DNA of 15,539 nucleotides, from the NCBI GenBank assembly GCA_043800755.1, contig JAZDMQ010000090.1:1-15539 (forward strand), given 5' to 3'. This DNA comes from a bacterium. Lineage in GTDB: Bacteria > Methylomirabilota > Methylomirabilia > CAVQYV01. The number at the start of each line of letters is the position of its first letter. Positions within the stretch are counted from its first letter, which is position 1. Shown piece after piece: positions 7,764 to 15,539 of the stretch. A model generated the notes under the pieces. It had not been told where the DNA came from, did no database searches, and was given only the letters and a program-made list of their open reading frames with translations. Both the position numbers and the translations under genes were made by a program.

Positions 7764-8651
7764 TCAATTCGAGCCTCTCTTTCTCACCGCCTCCGCCACG
7801 CACCGGATATGCTCCGGACCGACCCCGCAACAGCCGCCGATGATGCAGACTCCCATGTCCAGAAGGGCCTGCACCTTGGAGGCAAAGACAGCGGGATCTT
7901 GGGCATAGGTGGTCTTCCCTTGAATCAATTGAGGCTTCCCGGCATTGGGTTGGGCCACCAGGTGCCCTGGGTCGTAGCCCCTCAGCTCCTGCATGAGCCC
8001 GACCATCTCTTCCATGCCCTGGCCGCAGTTGGCTCCGATTGCGTGGGCACCAGCCTGCCGCAGGGCATGGACCGCGGTCTCGGGGTCGATTCCCATCATG
8101 GTGCGGTAGCCCCGCTGCCCCAACGAGAAGGACATGGTGCTCACAATGGGCAGATCGGTGTTCTCCCTGGCCGCGGCCATGGCGATCTTTATCTCCTCCA
8201 GGTCAGACATGGTGCGGAAGCAGAGGACATCTACGCCCCCTTCCGCCAGGGCCAGAGATTGTTCCCGAAAGGTCTCATAGACCTCTTCTTCGGACAGGAG
8301 ACCCAGGGGAGCCAGGAGCTCGCCCGTAGGCCCGGCGGAGCCAAAGAGGAGGCAAGAGTCAGGCAGGGCCTGCCGCGCGATCTGTGCCCCCCTCTGGTTG
8401 AATTCATAGGCCTTTTCCTCCAGGCCGTACCTTTTTAGCTTGACGCGATTGGCCCCGAAGGTGTTGGTGCCAATAAGTTCCGCCCCCGCCTCGTAAAAGG
8501 AAAGATAGATGGCCGCTACCTGCTCGGGTTGTCGAATATTCCATAGCTCGGGGATTTCCCCCGGAGGCAAACCCCGATCCTGGATCAGGGTACCGATGGC
8601 CCCACTGGAGACCAACGGGCCTTGGCTGAGGCGACGGAGAAAGGCATTCAT
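7764..8651 (-). CDS. Stand-alone homocysteine S-methyltransferase-family protein (MetH Hcy-binding domain-like), atypical active site
   Basis: TNTFGAN, GPTG, Zn ligands GANCG and IIGGCCG, PNAGKP. It carries SGAIGT and FRTMSD in place of the usual DGAMGT and xETxSD. Confidence 0.88.
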   Translation of the reverse strand: MNAFLRRLSQGPLVSSGAIGTLIQDRGLPPGEIPELWNIRQPEQVAAIYLSFYEAGAELIGTNTFGANRVKLKRYGLEEKAYEFNQRGAQIARQALPDSCLLFGSAGPTGELLAPLGLLSEEEVYETFREQSLALAEGGVDVLCFRTMSDLEEIKIAMAAARENTDLPIVSTMSFSLGQRGYRTMMGIDPETAVHALRQAGAHAIGANCGQGMEEMVGLMQELRGYDPGHLVAQPNAGKPQLIQGKTTYAQDPAVFASKVQALLDMGVCIIGGCCGVGPEHIRCVAEAVRKRGSN

Positions 8652-8720
8652 CTCTCGATGGCTCCTTTGAGGAGGGGAGGGTAGTGCAAGACCTCCCCCA
8701 GGAGAGAAGGCGATTGGTTT

Positions 8721-8993
8721 CTACCAGATCTTGGAGGAAATATGGGCGCCCTGGCCTAAGACCAGGACATCCACGATGGCCTGGTCAAAGTAGTTAGAGT
8801 TGGGGGAGAGATCGGGGCTGATGTTATCCTCGTAATAGCGCCTTCCGGCCGAGATGTCTTTCGCCAGTAGATCGAAGAGGTTATCGTTGGTGATCCCCTC
8901 CCTGATCCTCTCCTTGTTGTAGAGGACGATCTCCTCTATGATGAGCCGGGCCAGACGTTCGGCCCGCTCCTCTGGACCCGTTGCTTGCGCCAT
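8721..8993 (-). CDS. Small RomX-like protein (putative MglA GEF complex component)
   Basis: A.RLAR.I..EI.LYN..I..GI..DNLF..L......GR..Y...NYFD.AI.D......AH..SKIW closely follows Myxococcus RomX as recalled from memory. Strong SD GGAGG. Confidence 0.7.
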   Translation of the reverse strand: MAQATGPEERAERLARLIIEEIVLYNKERIREGITNDNLFDLLAKDISAGRRYYEDNISPDLSPNSNYFDQAIVDVLVLGQGAHISSKIW

Positions 8994-9096
8994 GGCCTCC
9001 TCCTCTTGGTTTTCCCTACATTGAATATGCCCCCGGCTTGCAGGGTGGGCTCTTCAAAAAAAAAGGGGGGGGACCTGCGACCACCATCTTCACTCG

Positions 9097-10503
9097 CTAA
9101 GCATTTTCAAAAAGGGCCAACTGCGCCAATTCCTGCGCATGGAAACTGATCGGATATTTCCCAGTAAAGCATGCCAAACAAAATCCGTCTTGCTCTCCCA
9201 CGGCCTCCATCATTCCCTCCAGGCTGAGATAGGCCAAGGAATCAGCCTTCAGGTAGCGGCATATCTCCTCGGTATCGTGGGTGGAGGCGATAAGCTCTTT
9301 GCGGGTGGGGGTGTCAATGCCGTAGTAGCACGGGGAGATAATCGGGGGGGAGCTAATGCGCAGATGGACCTCCCGAGCTCCCGCTGCCTTGATCATGGAG
9401 ACGATCTTGCGGCTGGTGGTTCCCCGCACGATGGAATCGTCCACCACCACCACCCGTTTTCCCTCCAGCACCTGGCGCACGGCATTGAGCTTGATCTTGA
9501 CCCCAAAGTGGCGAATTGATTGCTTCGGTTCGATGAAGGTACGGCCGATGTAATGATTGCGGATGAGACCATGATCGAAGGGGATCCCGGACTGGCGGGC
9601 ATAGCCCAACGCTGCATAGACGCCGGAATCGGGCACCGGCACTACGAGATCGGCCTGTGCTGGCGCCTCTTTCCCTAACTGAGACCCCAGCCGGTGCCTC
9701 ACCTGGTGCACACTGTGGCCAAAGAGGAAACTGTCAGGACGGGCGAGATAGATGTATTCGAAGATGCACTGCCTTTTCTTCGCGGGCGAGAAGGGGAAAT
9801 GGGAATGTACCCCCTCTTTGTTGATCTGCACAATCTCGCCTGGCTCCACATCCCGGATGAATTCGGCCTCGATGAGATCAAAGGCGCAGGTCTCGGAGGC
9901 TAACGCATAGCCCCCCTTGAACTTCCCCAGGGAGAGGGGGCGGAAACCGAAGGGGTCCCGGATCCCCAACAACTCCTCTTCGTTCATCAGGACCAGACTG
10001 TAAGCGCCCCTCACCTGCTGCAATGCCTCGATGGTCCCCTCCAGCAGGGAGGCTGCCGAAGATCGGGCGATCAAGTGTACCATGACCTCTGAATCGGAGG
10101 TGGAGGAGAAGATCGCGCCTGCAGCCTCCAACTCGGCCCGCAAGGGGGTGGAGTTTACCAGATTTCCATTGTGGGCCAGGGCCAGAGAGCCTTGATGGTA
10201 TGAGGCCATAAAGGGCTGGGCATTGGCGAGATTGCTGGAGCCGGCGGTCGAATAACGGACATGGCCGATCGCCGCCTTTCCTTGAAGATGGCGCAGACGC
10301 TCCTCAGAAAAGACATCTGCCACCAGGCCCATCCTCTTCTCCATGTGCAGAGAACGGCCGTTGCTGACCACGATTCCGGCGCTCTCCTGACCGCGGTGTT
10401 GAAGGGCGTAGAGGCCTAGATAGGCGATATTGGACGCCTCGGGATGGCCGAAGATCCCGATCACCCCGCATTCGTCTTTTGGTTTGTCGCTCCGGGCGGC
10501 CAT
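9097..10503 (-). CDS. purF: Amidophosphoribosyltransferase (propeptide and Fe-S type)
   Basis: True start is likely ATG 10503 (SD GGGAGG). An 11-aa propeptide MAARSDKPKDE precedes the Ntn nucleophile CGVIG. Also LQHRGQESAG, HVRYSTAG, VVVDDSIVRGTT and the Fe-S Cys motifs PCYYGID and CLACF. Confidence 0.97.
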   Translation of the reverse strand: MAARSDKPKDECGVIGIFGHPEASNIAYLGLYALQHRGQESAGIVVSNGRSLHMEKRMGLVADVFSEERLRHLQGKAAIGHVRYSTAGSSNLANAQPFMASYHQGSLALAHNGNLVNSTPLRAELEAAGAIFSSTSDSEVMVHLIARSSAASLLEGTIEALQQVRGAYSLVLMNEEELLGIRDPFGFRPLSLGKFKGGYALASETCAFDLIEAEFIRDVEPGEIVQINKEGVHSHFPFSPAKKRQCIFEYIYLARPDSFLFGHSVHQVRHRLGSQLGKEAPAQADLVVPVPDSGVYAALGYARQSGIPFDHGLIRNHYIGRTFIEPKQSIRHFGVKIKLNAVRQVLEGKRVVVVDDSIVRGTTSRKIVSMIKAAGAREVHLRISSPPIISPCYYGIDTPTRKELIASTHDTEEICRYLKADSLAYLSLEGMMEAVGEQDGFCLACFTGKYPISFHAQELAQLALFENA

Positions 10504-10519
10504 GATATCCTCCCGATCA

Positions 10520-10548
10520 AATATAGCGAATTTGTTGGAAAATGGCAA
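10520..10548 (-). promoter_or_regulatory. Sigma70-type promoter for purF
   Basis: Minus strand TTGCCA (10548-10543), 17 nt, TATATT (10525-10520). Confidence 0.55.
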
Positions 10549-10659
10549 GCCCAAACCCCACATTTGTCGATATCTCCTCTCGCCGGCTTCGTCGATCCAA
10601 GGAGTTTCAATGCCGGGGGTGTGCGAAGATGGGGGCGGCAGGGGAGTGCGGGGGTATGG

Positions 10660-11826
10660 TCAGAGGATGCGTCGAATGCAACGAATCGCCTGGCGGGTCC
10701 GATCCTCATTCTCGACCAGGGCGAAGCGCACATATTGGTCGCCATTTTGTCCGAAGCCGATTCCGGGAGAGACGGCCACCTTTGCCTCTCTCAGCAGGAG
10801 CTTGGAGAAGTCCAGGGACCCGAGGGCGAGGTAGCGGTCCGGGATCTTCGCCCAGACGAACATGGTCCCCTTGGGCTTGGCGATCTTCCAACCGATGCGA
10901 TTGAGGCCATCCACCAGGCAATCTCTCCGCGATTGGTAAATGGCCACGATCTGCTTGACACAGTCCTGTGGACCATTCAGGGCAATGATGCTGGCGATCT
11001 GGATGGGTTGAAAAACCCCATAATCCAGATAGCTCTTGATGCGGGCGAGGGCAGCAATGATCTGCGGGTTGCCCACGGCAAAGCCCACCCGCCATCCGGG
11101 CATGCTGTAACTCTTGGAGAGTGTGAAGAACTCCACCCCCACTTCCTTGGCCCCTGGGATTTGCAGGAAGCTGGGGGCCTTATAGCCGTCGAAGACCAGG
11201 TCCGCATAGGCAAAATCATGGATCACGATCAGGTCGTGCTCTTGGGCCAGGGCGACCACCTTCTCGAAAAAATCCCGTTCTACTACGGCCGTGGTGGGAT
11301 TATGGGGAAAGCTGAGGATGAGCAGTTTGGGCAATGGCCAGCTCTGGCGGAAGGATTCCAGGAGGCAATCGAAGAAGTTGGTCTCCAGGTTGAGAGGGGC
11401 CGCGCAGACATTCCCTCCTGCAATGATGACTGAATAGGGATGGATAGGATAGCTGGGATCCGGCACCAAGGCCAGATCGCCCGGTTCCAACAGGGCCAGG
11501 GCCAGATGGGCGATCCCCTCCTTGGCCCCGATGGTGGCGATAGCCTCGGTCTCGGGATCGAGATCCACTCCGTAATTCCTGCGATACCAGTCGGTGATGG
11601 CGGAGCGCAGTTTGGCAATGCCGCGAGAGGCTGAATAGCGGTGATTTCTCGGATTTTTCACCGCCTCGATCAACTTTTCCACGATGTGAGGCGGTGTAGG
11701 CAGGTCGGGGTTTCCCATCCCGAAATCGATGATGTCTTCTCCCCTTGCCCGCGCCTGAACCTTTAGCTCGTTGACAATGTTGAAGACATAAGGGGGGAGT
11801 CTCTTGATCCGACGGAATTCCTCCAT
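10660..11826 (-). CDS. alaC: Class I/II PLP aminotransferase, AlaC-like
   Basis: [10 protein letters not shown]...[32 protein letters not shown] lysine in [28 protein letters not shown]. Confidence 0.85.
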   Translation of the reverse strand: MEEFRRIKRLPPYVFNIVNELKVQARARGEDIIDFGMGNPDLPTPPHIVEKLIEAVKNPRNHRYSASRGIAKLRSAITDWYRRNYGVDLDPETEAIATIGAKEGIAHLALALLEPGDLALVPDPSYPIHPYSVIIAGGNVCAAPLNLETNFFDCLLESFRQSWPLPKLLILSFPHNPTTAVVERDFFEKVVALAQEHDLIVIHDFAYADLVFDGYKAPSFLQIPGAKEVGVEFFTLSKSYSMPGWRVGFAVGNPQIIAALARIKSYLDYGVFQPIQIASIIALNGPQDCVKQIVAIYQSRRDCLVDGLNRIGWKIAKPKGTMFVWAKIPDRYLALGSLDFSKLLLREAKVAVSPGIGFGQNGDQYVRFALVENEDRTRQAIRCIRRIL

Positions 11827-11960
11827 CGCTTCTCCTTTTGTCCTTCGGACCTTGCCAATGCCCTTTGGGGAGAAAATTGTGAGGCATGATCATACACAAC
11901 TGGGACTTTGTCAAGCCCTTTTTCTCCCCTGGGAGGGCCTTCAGCGAGGAAAAAATGATC

Positions 11961-11989
11961 TTGATTTTGGTGGGGGAGCCGGGTATGCT
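11961..11989 (+). promoter_or_regulatory. Sigma70-type promoter for the rhodanese gene
   Basis: TTGATT (11961-11966), 17 nt, TATGCT (11984-11989). Confidence 0.5.
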
Positions 11990-12080
11990 AAAGCCACCGG
12001 AAGCTTGGCGATCCAGGAGCGCACGCCCTCTCTTGGCGGGAAAGGAATGGAAGTTGGATGGACTGGGAAAGGAGAGAGAA

Positions 12081-12533
12081 ATGCCGCGAAGAAGCTTTGT
12101 CTATTGCCTTATCATTGGAATCAACCTAACCCTTTTGGCCATGGCCCTCCCGGCTCCGGCAGCCGGTCCGGTCGCGTCTGCGGTAGATGAATTCCTGAGC
12201 ACTCTCCCCAAGGACTTCTATACGCTCTCCCCCAAGGGATTGAAGGCCGCCCTGGATGCCGGGGAGCCCATGGCGGTGGTGGATGTGAGAGAGGCTTCGG
12301 AATTTGAGGCCGGACACATCGAGGGGGCGATTCACCTCCCCCTCCGCCAACTGGCCGAAAAGCTTGATCAGCTTCCCTCGGACAAGAATGCCCCTTTGGC
12401 GGTCATCTGCCGGACAGGAACGAGAAGCTCTTATGGGACCATGGCCTTATGGTTGCTGGGCTATCGGAACCTACGGAACATCGCGGGGGGGATGGTCGCC
12501 TGGGAAAAAGAAGGCCTTCCGGTCATAAAATAG
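12081..12533 (+). CDS. Exported single-domain rhodanese/sulfurtransferase
   Basis: Likely start ATG 12081 after AAGGAG. Signal-peptide-like N-terminus MPRRSFVYCLIIGINLTLLAMALPAPA. Motifs DVRE..EFEAGHIEGA, active loop CRTGTR, GGMVAW. Confidence 0.85.
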   Translation: MPRRSFVYCLIIGINLTLLAMALPAPAAGPVASAVDEFLSTLPKDFYTLSPKGLKAALDAGEPMAVVDVREASEFEAGHIEGAIHLPLRQLAEKLDQLPSDKNAPLAVICRTGTRSSYGTMALWLLGYRNLRNIAGGMVAWEKEGLPVIK

Positions 12534-12582
12534 CCTTTCGCTCCTCGGCGATGGGAGGAGTGGGGACCACCGCAGGGATAAT

Positions 12583-12611
12583 AAAAAGGGGGCCTGGTCG
12601 CTCAGACCCCC
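12583..12611 (-). terminator. Intrinsic terminator after the SOR gene
   Basis: Minus strand GGGGGTCTG-agcgac-CAGGCCCCC-TTTTT (9-bp stem with one G.U pair, then a U tract). Confidence 0.7.
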
Positions 12612-12642
12612 CACAGATCAAGCTTGATCAAGTCTTCAGCGT

Positions 12643-13131
12643 TTATCCGCCAGCCGGCCCAGATACCTGAACCTCCAGGGTTTCCTCCCATACCCCGTGC
12701 AGGTTGCATTCCTCTAAAGCTCGAAGAGTTGTTGGCTTAAGAAGGACTGCGGTGAAGGTTGCGACTGGCCGAGAGACCTCAGGTTCTATGTCCAGTCGAG
12801 CGATCTTCTCATCTCCTGCATAGAGCTCGACCCACATGATGTGGTGCTTCGCTTCCATGGGATGCATTAACCGGCCCACCGAGACGGTCACCTTGGTGGG
12901 CTCTCCCGCCTTCACCGGCCCTTGCACCTGGATCAGAGGAGAGTGTTTCTTCTCTGCTGGGGTCAGATTCGCCGGATCCTTGATCCTCTGGATGGGCTTA
13001 CCGCCTGCGCCTTCATCTGATCCATAGCCTTCCCCCCAACTCTTTGAACTCCCCAGGACACCGGTTAGGCCTAAGGATGCTGCAGTGGCCACTCCTGCTT
13101 TCATGAAATCCCTGCGGCTCAATTCCTTCAT
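12643..13131 (-). CDS. 1Fe superoxide reductase (neelaredoxin-type) with twin-arginine signal peptide
   Basis: Start ATG 13131 after GGAGG. SRRDFMK Tat motif. Ligand motifs EKKHSP, HPMEAKHHI.W and CNLHG are all present. Confidence 0.88.
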   Translation of the reverse strand: MKELSRRDFMKAGVATAASLGLTGVLGSSKSWGEGYGSDEGAGGKPIQRIKDPANLTPAEKKHSPLIQVQGPVKAGEPTKVTVSVGRLMHPMEAKHHIMWVELYAGDEKIARLDIEPEVSRPVATFTAVLLKPTTLRALEECNLHGVWEETLEVQVSGPAGG

Positions 13132-13211
13132 TTTTTCCTCCTCTCTCTTACCCCGGATCTTTGTTCTCCCCGGTTTCCCTGGCCCGGGGCCATTCCCGGG
13201 AAACGAGACGC

Positions 13212-13736
13212 TCATTTCTCCTGTAGAGCCTTGATGATTTCTCGGCAAAAGGCCGGCAAATCCATGGGATTGCGGGAGGTAATCAGGCCGCCGTCGCGCA
13301 CCACCTCCTGATCCAGGAATTGGGCCCCCGCGTTCACCAGATCATCCTTGATGGAATAAAAGCAGGTAGCCTTCTTTCCCCTGAGGATGTCGGCGGAAAC
13401 CAACATCCACCCGGCGTGGCATATGGCGGCCACCACCTTCCCCTGACCATAGCCATCCTTTACTAACTTCACCATGGACCGGTTTCGCCGCATCAAGTCC
13501 GGGGCGAAGCCGCCGGGGATGATGATTGCGTCAAGCTCCTGTACCCTTACTTCTTCCACGGTCAGGTCGCTCAGGGCGGGATAGCCGTGTTTGCTGAGAT
13601 AGGTCTCCCTGGCAGCCGGTCCCACGACCTTGACTTCTGCTCCTTCCTCGCGCAGCCGCAGCAGGGGATACCAGAGTTCCAATTCCTGATAATTATTCTC
13701 CACCAGGATAGCGACTTTCTTGCCTTGCAGGGACAT
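13212..13736 (-). CDS. PfpI/DJ-1-family protein
   Basis: Start ATG 13736 after GGAGG. ELELWYP..RL.E.G, DAIIIPGGFAPD, AAICHAG, LITSRNP.DL. Confidence 0.92.
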   Translation of the reverse strand: MSLQGKKVAILVENNYQELELWYPLLRLREEGAEVKVVGPAARETYLSKHGYPALSDLTVEEVRVQELDAIIIPGGFAPDLMRRNRSMVKLVKDGYGQGKVVAAICHAGWMLVSADILRGKKATCFYSIKDDLVNAGAQFLDQEVVRDGGLITSRNPMDLPAFCREIIKALQEK

Positions 13737-13752
13737 TTGACCCTCCTTTCCC

Positions 13753-14247
13753 TTACTCCCGCACCCAAAGGGCCAGCTCGAAGTCGTTCCAGGGGCGTCC
13801 CAGCCGAGCCTGGTATTCAGATTCGAGCAGCCTCCGATGGCCATCTTCGAATTCCGAGAGACTCAGCAGGAGCTTCTTCAACCCCAGATCTTCTGCCTTC
13901 TCGCTCGAGGCCTGATAGAAGTTGATGGCCTCCTTTTCGGCCTTGATGCTCAAGGCGATGGCCTCCAGTTCATCCAGGTCCTTCTTCAGATATCGATGCA
14001 GAACACTGGTCCCGGGGCGGTAGCGGACCCCCCCTTTTCCATTTAGATGAGGGTACTGCGCCTTCAGTTGCAAGCGATGCCCCTCCTCATCTCCGGCCAG
14101 GGCGAGGAAGGTGGCTCTAACCTTGCCATCCTTCGCCTGGTCCGCTGCCCGGAGATAGAACTGGTGGGCATCCATTTCGGCACTGATGGCCAGGGCCAAT
14201 ACCTCTTCGGCATGGCTGAAGTCGGACCTTTCCTTTGCTGGTTTCAT
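13753..14247 (-). CDS. Ferritin-like/rubrerythrin-family di-iron protein without a rubredoxin domain
   Basis: Two repeats of E-x6-Y...E-x2-H (AEMDAHQFY...DEEGH and AEKEAINFY...FEDGH). SD GGAGG. Confidence 0.85.
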   Translation of the reverse strand: MKPAKERSDFSHAEEVLALAISAEMDAHQFYLRAADQAKDGKVRATFLALAGDEEGHRLQLKAQYPHLNGKGGVRYRPGTSVLHRYLKKDLDELEAIALSIKAEKEAINFYQASSEKAEDLGLKKLLLSLSEFEDGHRRLLESEYQARLGRPWNDFELALWVRE

Positions 14248-14310
14248 GTCCTTTCGTCCTCCCCGAGAATTAGGAAAGAGGCGCTCATCCCTTGGGAGAT
14301 TGATGCCCGG

Positions 14311-14340
14311 AATATATCACGGAAAAATTGATCTCGTCAA
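14311..14340 (-). promoter_or_regulatory. Sigma70-type promoter for the ferritin-like/PfpI/SOR cluster
   Basis: Minus strand TTGACG (14340-14335), 18 nt, TATATT (14316-14311), with an extended -10 TGn. Confidence 0.55.
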
Positions 14341-14462
14341 CACGAAGGAAAGGGTTGGGAAAGGGGTTGGCGAGGCAGGCCAGAGGCAGGCCTGAAGGGA
14401 GGATCCTCTCAGGTCGCCCAAAGGGTGGAAGGTTGTGGGGAAGAATCTCGAAGAAAAGGTCC

Positions 14463-14696
14463 TCAATCCACCAGTACGTCGGTCTCGGTACGAAGGATTC
14501 CAGGGATCGCGTGAATACGCGAGGATAGAATGCGACCCAGCATGCTCATGTCGGAAGTCTCGACATAGGCAATGATATCGTGAGGTCCGGTAACCCAGTG
14601 GGCCGACTTGACTCCGGCGATCTTCAGGAGCTCCTTGGTGATACGATCGCTGGTGCCTGGGGTCACATCGATGAGAATATAGGCAGCAACTGGCAC
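14463..14696 (-). CDS. Stand-alone Lrp/AsnC ligand-binding (RAM) domain protein
   Basis: AYILI...GVKSAHWVTGPHDIIAYVE...I..IPGI..TET. No HTH domain. GTG start after AGGAG. Confidence 0.88.
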   Translation of the reverse strand: MPVAAYILIDVTPGTSDRITKELLKIAGVKSAHWVTGPHDIIAYVETSDMSMLGRILSSRIHAIPGILRTETDVLVD

Positions 14697-14747
14697 GGAT
14701 GATCTCCTATTGCGTCAGGGCCACATCCTCTGCCGACGACGGGATAA

Positions 14748-14945
14748 TCACCCGGAAGAGAGATGGGGGACTGGATCTGTCGGGGACTTATACCCCATCT
14801 TGTAGAGGGTATTCCTGAGCTCCTGGGCCAGAAAAAGGGCTTGCTCCTTACTGAGTAAGATCTGTTGGGTCTTCTTTCCGTTGGGATAGCAGACCACCAA
14901 CAGGCCATCGGCATGAGGGACGACCACGATCTCCTTGACTTTCAT
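14748..14945 (-). CDS. Hypothetical 65-aa protein
   Basis: Strong SD (GGGAGG), co-directional with its neighbours and fills the gap between them. No family recognised. Confidence 0.6.
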   Translation of the reverse strand: MKVKEIVVVPHADGLLVVCYPNGKKTQQILLSKEQALFLAQELRNTLYKMGYKSPTDPVPHLSSG

Positions 14946-15071
14946 GAGCTCACTTCCTCCCTCACCTCTTTAGGAGAGGAAGCTGGCTCGCCATATCAGG
15001 CGAAGGCCTGCGAGCCTCTCGGGGCGGCGGGCCAGCTTCCCTGCAAAACACTCCTGGTCAAGCCTATGAGC

Positions 15072-15539
15072 CTATACCCATCCCCGAAGCTTCATTGCCT
15101 CCACTACCCGGGACATGGCCAGTATAAAAGCAGCCGTTCGCATATCGACCTTTTCCTTCTGCGAGATCTCCAGGACATCATAGAAGGCCTTGGTCATTTT
15201 CTTGGTCAATCGTTCATGCACCTCTTCCAGCTCCCAGTAGTAATTGGAGAGGTTTTGCACCCACTCGAAGTAGGAGACGGTCACCCCACCCGCGTTGCAG
15301 AGGAAGTCAGGGATCACGAAGATACCCTTCTTGTAGAGGATGTTATCCGCCTCGGGGGTGGTGGGGCCGTTGGCCAGCTCTCCGATGATCTGAGCCTTGA
15401 TGTTGCCCGCGTTCTTCTCGTTGATGACCAGCTCCAATCCGGAGGGATAGAGGACCTCCACATCGAGCTCCAGCAGTTCCTCGTTGGAGATGAACTTCGA
15501 TCCGGGGAAGTTGACCACCGATCCGGTCTTCTGCTTGTG
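15072..15539 (-). CDS. gdhA: Glu/Leu/Phe/Val dehydrogenase, probably glutamate dehydrogenase (5' part outside the window)
   Basis: Frame is open to the window edge ([13 protein letters not shown]...). [34 protein letters not shown]-terminal RGWV. Confidence 0.9.
   Translation of the reverse strand, partial: HKQKTGSVVNFPGSKFISNEELLELDVEVLYPSGLELVINEKNAGNIKAQIIGELANGPTTPEADNILYKKGIFVIPDFLCNAGGVTVSYFEWVQNLSNYYWELEEVHERLTKKMTKAFYDVLEISQKEKVDMRTAAFILAMSRVVEAMKLRGWV

Noticed and set aside
8662-8698. Hairpins upstream of the methyltransferase as a SAM or cobalamin riboswitch
   Set aside because: Only a 7-bp stem and a 5-bp SD-covering stem in a 69-nt gap, with no conserved aptamer motifs.
9056-9090. 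Terminator after purF
   Set aside because: A long U tract is present on the minus strand, but the preceding stem pairs poorly.
10444-11433. 329-aa plus-strand ORF
   Set aside because: Antisense to alaC and the purF start; no family motifs.
12616-12632. Overlapping palindromes GATCAAGCTTGATC and CTTGATCAAG
   Set aside because: Single occurrence between convergent gene ends; no regulatory or recombination context to support a role.
11886-13844. Long N-terminal extensions in the ORF track for the rhodanese, SOR and PfpI (also purF)
   Set aside because: Downstream starts have SD sequences and family-typical N-termini; the extensions run over promoters or neighbouring genes.
14328-14340. TTGATCTCGTCAA as an FNR box
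   Set aside because: Spacing is one base short of TTGAT-N4-ATCAA, and half of it is simply the -35 box.
1-15539. CRISPR array, tRNA or rRNA genes
   Set aside because: No regularly spaced direct repeats and no tRNA or rRNA signatures were seen.

Overview
Bacterial chromosomal segment of roughly 60% GC. The left ~2.5 kb is accessory. It holds an IS1182-family transposase cut by the window edge, followed by a small integron-type cassette array not evident from the ORF track: a half attC, a frameshifted SAM-methyltransferase cassette, an attC, an acyl-CoA thioesterase cassette and a long attC. No integron integrase is present in the window. The rest is mostly housekeeping or metabolic. It includes uvrC (probably leaderless), a 3-hydroxyacyl-CoA dehydrogenase, and a minus-strand run of alaC, purF, a RomX-like gene, an atypical homocysteine S-methyltransferase-family gene, TsaA/TrmO and a split UxaA/GarD dehydratase. 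Further right are an exported rhodanese, an oxidative-stress cluster (ferritin-like, PfpI, Tat-signal superoxide reductase), a stand-alone Lrp/AsnC domain, a 65-aa orphan behind a structured leader, and the 3' end of glutamate dehydrogenase. All family calls come from motif recognition by eye; no database searches were run.
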